Shown in pieces: positions 1-9,413 of a stretch of 64,000 nucleotides of DNA. The stretch's first letter is position 1, and each line of letters begins with the position of its first letter. The notes beneath the pieces were generated by a model. That model made no database searches. It worked only from the letters and a program-made list of their open reading frames with translations, and was not told where the DNA came from. Source of the DNA: Desulfobacterales bacterium (GTDB taxonomy: Bacteria; Desulfobacterota; Desulfobacteria; Desulfobacterales; JAAELO01); the NCBI GenBank assembly GCA_024226555.1, contig JAAELO010000508.1, positions 43,279 to 107,278 of the forward strand, in the 5' to 3' direction. The position numbers were made by a program, and so were the translations under genes.

Positions 1-300
1 TATCTTACTCTTTTTATCGATGCAATTTGGGCAAAGATGGTTTTCTGCTGTTTTGCTCTTAAACATTGCACCACACCTACTGCAATATGGAGGTGTTACC
101 GAAGTAAACGTTTTTAAACACGACTCACAAAGTACATCTTTTAAAACTGTTTTGAATGCATCATCTCTCTCCATCTCAACCAAATCATCAATTGAAGTGG
201 GTTTATCAACATCAATAAATTCCTTACAAACAAAACACATATCCGGGAAGAGTACCTTACGAATTGAGACCATTGTTGCATTCATGGATTGTTTAAGCAT
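1..300 (-). CDS. comF: ComF family protein (ComFC-like), N-terminal 100 codons; gene runs off the left window edge
   Basis: Hand translation of the minus strand from ATG (300-298), with an in-frame TGA just upstream (372-370): MLKQSMNATMVSIRKVLFPDMCFVCKEF..LCESCLKTFTSVTPPYCSRCGAMFKSKTAENHLCPNCIDKK. The four Cys pairs form the double zinc ribbon that precedes the PRTase domain in ComF proteins. It is absent from the ORF track because there is no stop inside the window. Confidence 0.55.
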   Translation of the reverse strand, partial: MLKQSMNATMVSIRKVLFPDMCFVCKEFIDVDKPTSIDDLVEMERDDAFKTVLKDVLCESCLKTFTSVTPPYCSRCGAMFKSKTAENHLCPNCIDKKSKI

Positions 301-402
301 TTTGGGAATCTCTTCTATAAGTAATTCAAAAACAGGTTGTACCTTATATAGTGTTCTATACTTATGGTTTCAACTGTTTATGATATTTTTTATGTTCTCG
401 TT

Positions 403-565
403 TCAGGCCTTTGGCAATGAACTTTTTGATTCAAGGCATTGCATAAAAAATAAAAACCATTTTTTTATTCATCTTCCTTCAAACTTGACATGTTTGAAGA
501 GGTACATAAAAATGTTTAAAAAACATAACATTTTTATTCAGGGTTCAATCAAAAACTTTATGATT
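403..565. repeat. decayed repeat related to 6783-6838 and to the element arms
   Basis: tcaggcctttggcaatgaactttttg (403-428) and ttcaatcaaaaactttatgatt (544-565) match 6783-6808 and 6817-6838. caaggcattgcataaaaaataaaaacc resembles the caaggcatttccaaaaataacgagcc arm. Confidence 0.5.
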
Positions 566-1730
566 TTAAAAATAAAGATTCTTATAGTACGGTTTAATTA
601 GAAAACATTCTAATGGTATATCATGATTAAGATTTTTTGAAGTTTTTTATGAAATTCAAAAAAATCAGGTTGTTATATGAGAGAAACATCCTAAATTTTA
701 AGGTCAAATGTCCCTGTAAAAGCAATTATAAATTTTGCTTAAATTAATTGCAGAAAAAATTTTACAGACTGTTTCTGTCCATATCTACAGTTAGTTTTGT
801 AATTGAAAATTATCGTCAAATATAAGATTCCTGACTCAATATCACCTGAAAACCATAGGGATGATCTTCTCGGAAATGACACTATACCTTTTGTTTACAT
901 ATATTTTATGTAAATTTCAGAATTTAATTTATTTTTGTTGTATAAAAAAACAGATAATTTTTTGAAAAATGAGTGTTGGGTTAAAATATTTTTTAAAAAA
1001 CCAGATTTTTTCCTTGTGTAATAAAAAGACAAAGTCTAAGGTTTCATTAGACATAAAAACATCGGTTTTTATGTAACAAGCTGGAAAGAGGCCGACACCC
1101 CAATCCAGCTCTAAACAGAACTCTTTACAACATAAGGAGAAAAGAGCATGTCTAAAACATGTTTTATCGAAACACAGAAGTTCCGTCAACGCCTCTTTCA
1201 CACCGGGCAGATTTTACAGCACATACAATCAGATCGTTTAAATTGCTGCACAAGCATTTATAGTGCAGGATTTGGGCCATTTTAGACTGTTTTTGTACAT
1301 CTGATTTGGTGTAAAAGGAATCGGTAAAAAACTAACTAAAGCTATATTTTAGATAGGAAAAATATTAGTTGAAGAATCTCTTCAGGTGAAACACCGATTC
1401 TGCGTAAAAAACTCAAAAGATTTTTTTTGAGGTGAAAGAGGTGAGACTAAAAATTTTACCTTTACATAACCTTTGCTAAAATTGTGCATTCTTAAGGGTT
1501 GGTTCTGCCCATAACCTCTTAAGAATCCAATTTTACAAGGGAAGGCGTGTGAAAGAGTCGTTCGTGGAAAGGAGTGGCTGGGTTTATTACAAATTCAGCC
1601 GCTCCAGACTATAGGCAAAACTCTACCAATTTATTTCCTATTACATAATATTCATTAAAAAAACTGAAGTTCTGGTAATCCGAGCTTAAAGAAATTAATG
1701 TTTTCATTAAGTTTTTGGAAAGCTATTTAA

Positions 1731-1812
1731 TTCTGAGTTGTAGAGGTAATTTTGCTGGAAATACAAGGCGTCGAGACATTAAGTCATATTTTTAAACAGC
1801 TTATGCAACATC
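1731..1812 (+). repeat. left copy of a direct repeat flanking the membrane-GAF cassette
   Basis: ttctgag..ggaaatacaaggcgtcgagacattaagtcatat aligns with 3252-3320 (ttctgag..gtaaatacaaggcgtcaagacatgaagtcgtat), roughly three quarters identical by eye. It shares the gaaatacaagg core with the MITE arm. Confidence 0.55.
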
Positions 1813-1858
1813 CGGCCGTATAAATAAGAAATGAAATTTATTATAAATTCAAATCAGA

Positions 1859-2008
1859 CTATCCTTTTTTTACTTTATGTGTTTTTACCATCTTTATGTT
1901 TGAACGTACTTTTTTTGCAAAACTTTCACTTCTTAATCTATCTGCAGCTTTCTCTGTTGTTGAATCAAGCCTTGATATTATTCTCACTTCTTTAGTTTGT
2001 GCGCTCAT
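1859..2008 (-). CDS. 49-aa basic small ORF translationally coupled to the upstream membrane-GAF gene
   Basis: Hand translation: MSAQTKEVRIISRLDSTTEKAADRLRSESFAKKVRSNIKMVKTHKVKKG. Its ATG (2008-2006) overlaps the TGA (2007-2005) of the 319-aa gene as ATGA. It is below the 60-aa track cutoff. The strand-then-helix pattern is only loosely ribbon-helix-helix-like. Confidence 0.3.
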   Translation of the reverse strand: MSAQTKEVRIISRLDSTTEKAADRLRSESFAKKVRSNIKMVKTHKVKKG

Positions 2009-2964
2009 TTGCTTTTTCCTTTCATAATCATTAGGCTATGTTCTATACAAACCCTAACAGAAAATTGACGAATAATCCATTCATATAGTTCAGAATTTTT
2101 TTCCATTAGACATTCTTTCTTATTTCCAGCTATTGATACAACATATTCAATATCATTGGTTGCCCTATGTCTTACAGGGAAACATAATTGAGAACCTTTC
2201 TTGTTATTATTTGTTCTTCCTTTTATAAATCTTCTTTTATTTTTAGGTCTTTTCAACTCTTTTTGTATATCATCTACAATAATAATTCCTCTATCTTTTA
2301 TACATTTCATAACAGTACTTGTTGTAGCACATAACTCTTTTGCAGTTGTAGATGGAGTTTCATTTGCCGGTTCATAAAAAAACCACTCAACAGGCTTATT
2401 ATTTTCTATTTTTAACAACCCTACACGAAATTTGACCTTTGAATTTATACACTGTTCAAAAGCTTTGCATAGTCCTACTACTAATAAGTTTATCTGTTGT
2501 TCGGGCTTAGTTATTGTTTTAAATGTATCTTTTGCACAAATTTCATCTTCTTTAATAGTTTCTCTTGCATGATCAGCCATTCTCTTACATTTTTCACCAA
2601 CTATATTTTCAATAATATCTGATATCCACATTAGCTCATCAACACCTATTTCTTTCTTAGGTCGAGAATGTTTCAACAGAAATTCATATGTTGCTTTAGC
2701 AATGAATTGAAAAGATATCGCAAAAGTTATTATCAGAAATGCCGATTTCTTTACTGTTTCACCCCAATTATTAAAACCACTATTATCCAATAGTTTAAAA
2801 AAAGGAGCTCCAACATTTTCTTTTGTAAGCATAAAAACAATTAATGAAGGAAGCACAACAAGCAATACAGGTCTAATAACAAATTCACAAACCCATAAAT
2901 TACAAAGAGTTACAATTAAACTTGACGCTTTATTACCATAATGACCCTCAAATTCAGGAACCAC
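2005..2964 (-). CDS. membrane-anchored protein with a C-terminal GAF-like domain and no recognisable output domain
   Basis: 319-aa ORF with GTG start (2964-2962) 4 nt downstream of AGGAGG (rc of 2969-2974). Hydrophobic segments: LIVTLCNLWVCEFVIRPVLLVVLPSLIVFML and SAFLIITFAISFQFIA. The C-terminal half (..VGLLKIENNKPVEWFFYEP..GSQLCFPVRHRATNDIEYVVSIAGNKKECL) resembles a GAF fold by eye. Confidence 0.5.
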   Translation of the reverse strand: MVPEFEGHYGNKASSLIVTLCNLWVCEFVIRPVLLVVLPSLIVFMLTKENVGAPFFKLLDNSGFNNWGETVKKSAFLIITFAISFQFIAKATYEFLLKHSRPKKEIGVDELMWISDIIENIVGEKCKRMADHARETIKEDEICAKDTFKTITKPEQQINLLVVGLCKAFEQCINSKVKFRVGLLKIENNKPVEWFFYEPANETPSTTAKELCATTSTVMKCIKDRGIIIVDDIQKELKRPKNKRRFIKGRTNNNKKGSQLCFPVRHRATNDIEYVVSIAGNKKECLMEKNSELYEWIIRQFSVRVCIEHSLMIMKGKSK

Positions 2965-3251
2965 AGAACCTCCTGTGAACTAAAATAGCAATTGTAATAT
3001 GGTCAATCACTATTTATTTATTTTTTATATTAAAAAGTCGTGTTGGGTAAAACAGAAATTATATTAACGTATAGCTAATATATTTAATAATCAAAGAAAA
3101 AGTACAAGTTAGTGATATTTTCTTTTGAAGCTCCATCACTTTTAATCAGCAACTTCCCTCGATAAATTGCTAAAACACCATGCTTTAGCTTGGGTAGATT
3201 AAGTTTATTGCGAAGATTGGGTTTACCGACTTTTAAGGCGGATATTATTTA

Positions 3252-3365
3252 TTCTGAGATGCATGGCTGAGTTTGCGGTAAATACAAGGCGTCAAGACAT
3301 GAAGTCGTATGTTTTTTTATACTACGAATGTCTTGCAACATAGTATTTACCGTGAAATCGGCCTT
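3252..3365 (+). repeat. right copy of the direct repeat flanking the membrane-GAF cassette; forms a long imperfect hairpin
   Basis: ggtaaatac..caagacat ... atgtcttg..gtatttacc inverted symmetry. Confidence 0.55.
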
Positions 3366-3369
3366 GCTT

Positions 3370-4209
3370 TTATTTTTGCCTTTGCCTCAAGGATTCGTAG
3401 ATGACTATTGCTCCTGCCACTGAAGCATTTAGTGAATTAAATGAACCATGCTGTGGTATGGATATTAAAAAATCACAATTCTTCTGAACAAGCGGACGCA
3501 CACCTTTATCTTCACCACCAACAACAATCGCAAGCGGTCCCTTAAGATTTGCATCATATAAAGAGGTTTCCGCCTTTGCATCAAGTCCTGTTACCCAGAT
3601 ACCTTTTTCCTTTAGCTCATTGATGCAATTGACCATATTTGTTACCTTTGCAAATTTCACATGTTCAAGAGCTCCGGCTGATGCCCTTGAAACTGAAGGT
3701 GTGTGAGATACTGCTCTGTCTTTAAGTGTGATGACACCATCAACACCTGCGCAATGGGCAGTCCTTATCAGTGCACCTAAATTACTTGGATCTACAACAT
3801 TTTCCACAAGGAGGAGAAAAGGATTTTCTATATTGATAAATGCGCCCATATCAACAACAGGATAATCGCTAACCTTTGCACAAACTCCCTGATGGTAATC
3901 TGATCCTGACAAGATTGAGAGTTTATCAGGGGTTTCATTTACAACTTTAATATCTCTTTGTTTTGTAAATTCTGTGATTTTCTGCAATCTCTTTGAATTA
4001 GGATCTTTGGAGAAATATATCTCGAAGAATTTTCTTCTATCTGCTTTTAAAGCCTCATAAACAGAGTTGATACCGAAAAGAATTTCATAACCTTTTTGTT
4101 CAGGTCTCTGTGAAGTTTGTTTTCTGGCCTTTTTCTTAGCGCCACCTTTTGATCTGTTTTTTTTCTGCATTTTATAGAAGCTCTTTTCCAAGGATTGATT
4201 TTGTTTCAT
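3370..4209 (-). CDS. rlmB: 23S rRNA 2'-O-ribose methyltransferase, TrmH/SpoU family (RlmB-like)
   Basis: ILFGINSVYEALKA substrate-binding N-domain. SpoU motifs: LLLVENVVDPSNLGALIRTA, AIVVGGEDKGV, IPQHGSFNSLNASVAGAIVIYE. The alternative start ATG at 4170 (MQKKNR) would remove the 38-nt overlap with gmk. Confidence 0.85.
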   Translation of the reverse strand: MKQNQSLEKSFYKMQKKNRSKGGAKKKARKQTSQRPEQKGYEILFGINSVYEALKADRRKFFEIYFSKDPNSKRLQKITEFTKQRDIKVVNETPDKLSILSGSDYHQGVCAKVSDYPVVDMGAFINIENPFLLLVENVVDPSNLGALIRTAHCAGVDGVITLKDRAVSHTPSVSRASAGALEHVKFAKVTNMVNCINELKEKGIWVTGLDAKAETSLYDANLKGPLAIVVGGEDKGVRPLVQKNCDFLISIPQHGSFNSLNASVAGAIVIYESLRQRQK

Positions 4210-4735
4210 TTACAGCTGCATCAAGATCATCATTTACAACAATATACTTATAAAGATCTTTTTTTGCGATTTCAGTCTCTGCGTTTTTAATTCTTTTATC
4301 AATTGTATCGATAGAATCGGTTCCTCTTTTTATAAGTCTTTCACGAAGCTCTGTCATATCGGGTGGCATTATGAAGATTGTTACGCTTTCAGGATATTTC
4401 TCAAGAATCTGAATGGCTCCTTCAACATCTATATCCAAAAGGATACTAAAACCGTTATTTAGGTTTTCATTAATATAATCTATCGAGGTGCCATAATAGT
4501 TATCGTGTACTTTTGCCCATTCAAGCCAGAAACCGGTTTCAATCTTCTTTTCAAACGCATCTGCTGTGATAAAAAAATAATCAATACCATCTTTTTCAGC
4601 ACCTCTAACTTGTCTTGTTGTATATGATACTGAAAATTTTAACTTATTGAAATCCCTGAGGACCTGCTCACAGATAGTTGATTTTCCAGCTCCTGATGGA
4701 GCTGACATGATAACTAATTTTCCTTTTTTATTCAC
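4172..4735 (-). CDS. gmk: guanylate kinase
   Basis: P-loop [10 protein letters not shown]; [21 protein letters not shown]; typical length of 187 aa. Confidence 0.93.
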   Translation of the reverse strand: MNKKGKLVIMSAPSGAGKSTICEQVLRDFNKLKFSVSYTTRQVRGAEKDGIDYFFITADAFEKKIETGFWLEWAKVHDNYYGTSIDYINENLNNGFSILLDIDVEGAIQILEKYPESVTIFIMPPDMTELRERLIKRGTDSIDTIDKRIKNAETEIAKKDLYKYIVVNDDLDAAVNETKSILGKELL

Positions 4736-5033
4736 TGTCTTTTTCCCTTAAAGATTCAAATCTCTGTGAGATGGTTTCTGCCTGAATAGCAGAAAGAACA
4801 ATATGGTTACTATCCATGATAATTATAGATCGGGTTCTTCGTCCATGTGTTGCATCTATCAATCTATGCTCATCTTTTGCATCATCTTTCAGGCGCTTCA
4901 TGGGCGCTGAATTCGGAGAAACTATACCAATAACCCTTTCGGCAACAACACTGCTACCAAAACCAATGGGTAATAGTACCTGATTGAATTTTTTCTCCGG
5001 GATAATAACCGGTTCTTTTTTAGCTTTACTCAA
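4728..5033 (-). CDS. remA: DUF370 / RemA-like regulatory protein
   Basis: [56 protein letters not shown] matches the conserved DUF370 core. It has the usual position between yicC and gmk. Confidence 0.8.
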   Translation of the reverse strand: MSKAKKEPVIIPEKKFNQVLLPIGFGSSVVAERVIGIVSPNSAPMKRLKDDAKDEHRLIDATHGRRTRSIIIMDSNHIVLSAIQAETISQRFESLREKDSE

Positions 5034-5907
5034 TATTTTGAACCTGTTCTCTCAGTTTTTCAAGCTCAGATTTAAGATCCACAACTATGTGGGAGATAGA
5101 TGCATTTCCTATCTTTGAGCCCATTGTATTAAACTCTCTGTTGAACTCCTGAAGAAGAAAATTGAGCTTCTGTCCAGATGGTTCATTTTTTTCCATTATC
5201 TCTCTGAACTGCTTGATATGGCTGTCAGACCTTGTAACTTCCTCAGAGACATCGCTTTTATCTGCTAAAATTGCAGCTTCCTGTGCGATTCTTGCAGGAT
5301 CAAGCTCAACCTCACCTTTGGTCAGTTTTTCGATTCTATCTTTCAATTTTTCCTGATAAACATCTAAAATACCGTCCATCTCACCTTCAATTTTTGCAAC
5401 ACTATCTTCGATATAGGTAAGGCGTTTTACAAAATCCTTTTGAATAAATTCACCTTCAACAAGTCTCATCCCATCAAGGTCAACAAGTGCTTTTGCAAGG
5501 CATTTAGATACGATAGGCCACTCTTTATCAATATCTTTGTCCTTTGTTACTGATTCAAGCACTCCGGTTTGTCCAAACAGTGATTCCATTGATATTTTTG
5601 GCTTTATATCATACTCTTTTTTAAGAGTTGATAATGTATCTTTTAAAGCAAGGGCCCTTGAAGCTTTAACCTCAATAATCTTTGAATCTTCAGCTTCGCT
5701 TTTGATGTATGTTTTTACATCAACCCTGCCTCTTGAAACGGTTTTCTTTATCTCACCCTTCATTTTATCCTCAATAGCGCTGTAACCATGGGGCAGGCGG
5801 ATTGAAAAATCCAGATATCTGTTGTTATAGGTACGAATCTCGATAACCACATTCAGATCACCCTCTTTTACTTCTGCCCTTGCAAAAGCTGTCATGCTTT
5901 TTATCAT
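5026..5907 (-). CDS. yicC: YicC/YloC family stress-induced protein (putative endoribonuclease)
   Basis: N-terminus [12 protein letters not shown] and C-terminus [39 protein letters not shown] are hallmark YicC N- and C-domains. Confidence 0.88.
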   Translation of the reverse strand: MIKSMTAFARAEVKEGDLNVVIEIRTYNNRYLDFSIRLPHGYSAIEDKMKGEIKKTVSRGRVDVKTYIKSEAEDSKIIEVKASRALALKDTLSTLKKEYDIKPKISMESLFGQTGVLESVTKDKDIDKEWPIVSKCLAKALVDLDGMRLVEGEFIQKDFVKRLTYIEDSVAKIEGEMDGILDVYQEKLKDRIEKLTKGEVELDPARIAQEAAILADKSDVSEEVTRSDSHIKQFREIMEKNEPSGQKLNFLLQEFNREFNTMGSKIGNASISHIVVDLKSELEKLREQVQNIE

Positions 5908-6452
5908 ATTTTTTTGGTTCCACTTTTAAGGTTTTTTAAATCTATTATATATTTTTCTCTGACTTTTGATATAAAATCTATCATCTTCGGGTCTTTGTAA
6001 TTTGGAAATGTCCAGGGTAATGTATTATATTTTCCATCTTTGTAAATTAATGTCAAATCCGCGTAAACGCCTTTTCCAACATATATTTTATGGGCAAAAT
6101 TCTTGCAGGTAGCAAGTACAAAGCGTTCCATAAGTATATATCCGGGATCTATATTTACATTTCTGTTTCCATCATTCGATAATTTTTTCTCAATCCTAAT
6201 AGAAAAATGCTTAATATCAGCAATACTACTTTGCTTAATAAGATCTTGAAATATAATTATGCGCCTTTGAAGGTTTTTGCCCATCTCCTTTTCATAGTAA
6301 GATGTATTATCAAAAGCTGCCCAATCTGACATTATATCAATTTCACCAAACTCTTTGGACAAAGATAAAGCAACATCTTCAAACAACGTTTTATCATTTA
6401 AGAATACAGCTATAAAAAGCTTTGCCGGATTTGGTGGTAATGCTTTACTCAT
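5904..6452 (-). CDS. DUF4416-like conserved protein
   Basis: 182-aa ORF overlapping yicC by 4 nt. The family assignment is from memory of deltaproteobacterial DUF4416 proteins and was not verified. Confidence 0.45.
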   Translation of the reverse strand: MSKALPPNPAKLFIAVFLNDKTLFEDVALSLSKEFGEIDIMSDWAAFDNTSYYEKEMGKNLQRRIIIFQDLIKQSSIADIKHFSIRIEKKLSNDGNRNVNIDPGYILMERFVLATCKNFAHKIYVGKGVYADLTLIYKDGKYNTLPWTFPNYKDPKMIDFISKVREKYIIDLKNLKSGTKKI

Positions 6453-6455
6453 ATT

Positions 6456-6626
6456 CTATTCCAAAGATTTTGCTTCATCTACAAGCATTATTGGAATATC
6501 ATCACGAATCTCATAAATAAGTTTGCATGATTCACATATTAGACCTGTTTCATCTGGGTTTAGCTTCACAGACTCTTTGCACTTTGGACATGCAAGAATA
6601 TCTAATAATTCTTTATTTACAGCCAT
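6456..6626 (-). CDS. ycaR: Trm112/YcaR (UPF0434) family small zinc-ribbon protein, 56 aa
   Basis: Hand translation: MAVNKELLDILACPKCKESVKLNPDETGLICESCKLIYEIRDDIPIMLVDEAKSLE. AGGAG lies upstream of the ATG at 6626. The motifs LLxxLxCPxC .. Y.IrDgIP.ML are the Trm112 signature. It is below the track size cutoff. Confidence 0.8.
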   Translation of the reverse strand: MAVNKELLDILACPKCKESVKLNPDETGLICESCKLIYEIRDDIPIMLVDEAKSLE

Positions 6627-6782
6627 TTAAAACTCCTATCATATTTTTAAATTAAATTCTTTTTGTCTTATATAGTAGCTTGAGAAAAAAAAAAACTCTA
6701 AAACATAAATATGAAAGATTAAATAAAATTATTAAATGTTATTATTGTTTGTTTCTAATTTGTCTTTTTTTAAGATCTAGTA

Positions 6783-6838
6783 TCAGGCCTTTGGCGATAA
6801 ACTTTTTGTAAAAAGTTTAATCAAAAACTTTATGGATT
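6783..6838. repeat. 56-bp repeat (compact version of 403-565) containing the palindrome aaactttttgtaaaaagttt
   Basis: Direct comparison by eye with 403-428 and 544-565. Confidence 0.55.
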
Positions 6839-6860
6839 AGAAAATTTATAAATAACATTA

Positions 6861-6989
6861 GGGAACCTCTAATAACTGCTCTTTTGGCGAAACCCTTTGT
6901 TATTTCCGAAAAAAACTGTAATAAAATCGGCTCGTTATTTTTGGAAATGCCTTGTATTTCATCCAAAATTCTAATTATTAGAGGTTCCC
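6861..6989 (+). mobile_element. MITE-like element, copy 1 (129 bp, minimal form)
   Basis: Perfect 15-bp terminal inverted repeat GGGAACCTCTAATAA / TTATTAGAGGTTCCC. Flanked by ATTA (6857-6860) and ATTA (6990-6993). Strand sign is an arbitrary orientation: + means the CTCTAATAACTG arm comes first. Confidence 0.85.
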
Positions 6990-7094
6990 ATTAACTAAAG
7001 AAAATGTTTTATATAGAAACATAAAAACTGTGGAAATTTATCAAGCCAGAAAAGACACCCTCTTAGAAGAAGTTTATCACATTTCAATAAAGGT

Positions 7095-8339
7095 TTATTC
7101 CAAAATATTTTCCCACACTTTCTTTGCCCCACCCCTCTTACTTTTCAAATAATCTCCCACTTTTTTCATAATATCACTCTTATCAGAAGTTTTGCTAAGA
7201 TTCTCACATATTGTTTGTGCAACACCAACTTCATCTTCTGAAATAGTTACAAGTCCCTCTTCAACAATTTCATTACCAAGCCAGAGAAAATTATCCCACG
7301 ATGGCCCAATCACAGGTATTACACCACACATAACTGGTTCTAAAAAATTTTGTCCCCCAAGATCTGCGAGGCTCCCACCTACAAATACAGCATCAGCAAT
7401 TTCATATGAAAGGGAAAGCTCTCCAAATGTGTCCCATAAGATAACCTCTCCACCATTAACTTTCTTTTTTATTTCAGATCGTAGAGTGTATTTAATTTTG
7501 TTTATTTCAAATATTTTCTGCCAGGACTCAATTCTGTGCATATGTCTTGGGAAAAGACCAATAACCGTTTCAGGTTTTTGTTTTAAGACCTCATTAATAA
7601 TATATGTGACTTTCTCCTCTTCCTCTTCACGAACAGATCCTAAAACAAGGAATCTTTCTGAAACTATCTTTTTTAATGGGTTTTCGCTACTTTTATTAAA
7701 GCCTGCAATGCGTTCAAACTTTATATTATTCATAACACAGGTTTCTGTTTGAAAGAGTTCATTAAAAAGTTTCGCATCAAGCTCTTTAGTTGCAAGAATT
7801 TTTGAAGGCGCAAGCTTTGGCCAAAGAAAAGATATTTTTTTATAACCCCTCATGCTTTTTTCTGTAATTCTGCCATTTACTATAATTGTTTTTACTTTGT
7901 TCTTTTTCAGTGCATAAAAAAGGCCAGGCCAGATCTCAGTCTCAAGAATAACAACAATTTTTGGATTGTATTTTTTTACAGCTTTATTCATTAGAGAGGG
8001 CTTGTCAAATGGCAGATATCTAATCTCAAGTGAGAGATTAGGGTTACATTTTTTTTGGACCACTTTTTCAAGAATTTCTATACCCTGGCTTGTGCATGTG
8101 GTTAAAAGTATGTTTATTTTTTCTTTATGATCAGCTTTTTCAAGGAGTGTTTCAACAAGGTATGCTTCACCAGCTGAAGCAGCCTGGATCCAAATATCCT
8201 TTTTTGTTAATAGAAAACCCTTAAGTTTTCTTTCTTCAAAACCTTCTCCAATTCTCTTATGATTTTTCAGAAATGGTGTGACCAATATCCACAAAATTTC
8301 ATAAAAAAGAAAAAGGATTTTTACTGCAATATTAGTCAT
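7095..8339 (-). CDS. waaA: 3-deoxy-D-manno-octulosonic acid (Kdo) transferase
   Basis: IWIQAASAGEAYLVETLL, ILETEIWPGLF and FVGGSLADLGGQNFLEP are typical WaaA/KdtA blocks. Confidence 0.9.
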   Translation of the reverse strand: MTNIAVKILFLFYEILWILVTPFLKNHKRIGEGFEERKLKGFLLTKKDIWIQAASAGEAYLVETLLEKADHKEKINILLTTCTSQGIEILEKVVQKKCNPNLSLEIRYLPFDKPSLMNKAVKKYNPKIVVILETEIWPGLFYALKKNKVKTIIVNGRITEKSMRGYKKISFLWPKLAPSKILATKELDAKLFNELFQTETCVMNNIKFERIAGFNKSSENPLKKIVSERFLVLGSVREEEEEKVTYIINEVLKQKPETVIGLFPRHMHRIESWQKIFEINKIKYTLRSEIKKKVNGGEVILWDTFGELSLSYEIADAVFVGGSLADLGGQNFLEPVMCGVIPVIGPSWDNFLWLGNEIVEEGLVTISEDEVGVAQTICENLSKTSDKSDIMKKVGDYLKSKRGGAKKVWENILE

Positions 8340-8348
8340 TCTCCCACC

Positions 8349-9407
8349 TTATTCTTTAATTTTATCTAAGAAAAAGTTATCAAACCCCTCATCAATAAAC
8401 TCAATATCAATCGATACAATCAGCAGATTTTTAAAGTTGTTAATCTTTTGGATTTTAACAAAATCTTTCTCTGTTGTTACTATAAAATCACAGCCTTTGG
8501 AACTTTCATATATATCATCAATATCTGCCCGCTCATATCTGTGATGATCTTTATACTCTTTAAAACCTTCAACAATTAAACCTAAGGAGGTGGTGCTTTG
8601 TCTGAATTTATCATTGTGGGCTATGCCTGAAAATGCAAATGCCGACTTTCCATTTAAAATATTTAAATCACAATTCCCATCAACATTATAAATTGATTCT
8701 TTATGGGTTGTTCTGAAAATATTTTTTGAAGGGATTATATTTTTTAGTGAATCAGGGTCAACACCTTTGTATCTTGTTAAGATAAAAGCATCTCCAAGCG
8801 ATAGATACTTTAAAGGATCTCTTAAAGACCCCCTTGGAATAAGATGTCCATTTCCAAATGGCTTATCACTGTCTAATAATATAATTTCAAAGTTTCGATC
8901 TATTTTCAGATGCTGGAAACCATCATCTAATATTAAGAAATCGGCACCGCCAATTACTGCTTTATCAGCTGATTTACACCGACTGCTCCCAACATAGACA
9001 GGAACATTTTTTAGTTTTTCAGCTATTAGGTAAGGCTCATCGCCTGCTTCATAAACATCTGCAAGCATCTTTTCACCATCATGGACAACGGCTCCCTTTT
9101 CCTCAAGAGTTCCGCCATATCCCCTGCTAATAACAGCTGGATTAAAACCATTTTCTTTTAAAAGTTTTGCAAGATATATTGTAAATGGTGTTTTGCCAGT
9201 ACCGCCTACTGTTATATTACCTACAGATATTACCTTAACAGGTGAGGAGAAAGACTTAAAAATATCTTTATTATAGAAGGTTCGCCTTGTTGAAACTATT
9301 AACCCAAAGATCTTTGAAAGAAGATACAGGATAAATTTTACTGAAAAAAAAGGAGTTTTTCCATCGTCATATATAATATCCTCAATTTTCTTTCTAAGTC
9401 TTTCCAT
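8349..9407 (-). CDS. lpxK: tetraacyldisaccharide 4'-kinase
   Basis: VISVGNITVGGTGKTP P-loop, ISRGYGG, ILDDGFQH. Confidence 0.92.
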   Translation of the reverse strand: MERLRKKIEDIIYDDGKTPFFSVKFILYLLSKIFGLIVSTRRTFYNKDIFKSFSSPVKVISVGNITVGGTGKTPFTIYLAKLLKENGFNPAVISRGYGGTLEEKGAVVHDGEKMLADVYEAGDEPYLIAEKLKNVPVYVGSSRCKSADKAVIGGADFLILDDGFQHLKIDRNFEIILLDSDKPFGNGHLIPRGSLRDPLKYLSLGDAFILTRYKGVDPDSLKNIIPSKNIFRTTHKESIYNVDGNCDLNILNGKSAFAFSGIAHNDKFRQSTTSLGLIVEGFKEYKDHHRYERADIDDIYESSKGCDFIVTTEKDFVKIQKINNFKNLLIVSIDIEFIDEGFDNFFLDKIKE

Positions 9408-9413
9408 TATTAA

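Noticed and set aside
20-601. 193-aa plus-strand ORF from the track
   Set aside because: The translation is low-complexity and domain-free. The opposite strand over 1-300 encodes a convincing ComF-type double zinc ribbon, so this is a shadow ORF extended through AT-rich noncoding DNA.
929-1201. 90-aa minus-strand ORF
   Set aside because: No RBS and an implausible Cys/Phe/Lys-rich composition. It lies in a long noncoding AT-rich tract.
1148-1285. 45-aa plus-strand ORF (MSKTCFIETQKFRQRLFHTGQILQHIQSDRLNCCTSIYSAGFGPF) preceded by AAGGAG
   Set aside because: The RBS is decent, but there is no recognisable family, no neighbouring gene context and no other support. It is too weak to call without conservation data.
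1441-1620. GC-richer patch with the hairpin attcttaaggg...cctcttaagaat, considered as a possible small RNA or riboswitch
   Set aside because: I could not match it to any RNA family I know (tmRNA, SRP, 6S, RNase P signatures are absent), and no downstream gene lies in the right orientation.
7192-7752. Antisense ORFs overlapping strong genes (for example 7192..7752, 10069..10437, 16487..17002, 26167..26556, 26773..27138, 48591..49097, 52935..53330, 57555..57890, 60549..60860)
   Set aside because: Each lies fully inside a gene with clear family motifs on the other strand and has a Ser/Leu/Phe-rich shadow-frame composition.
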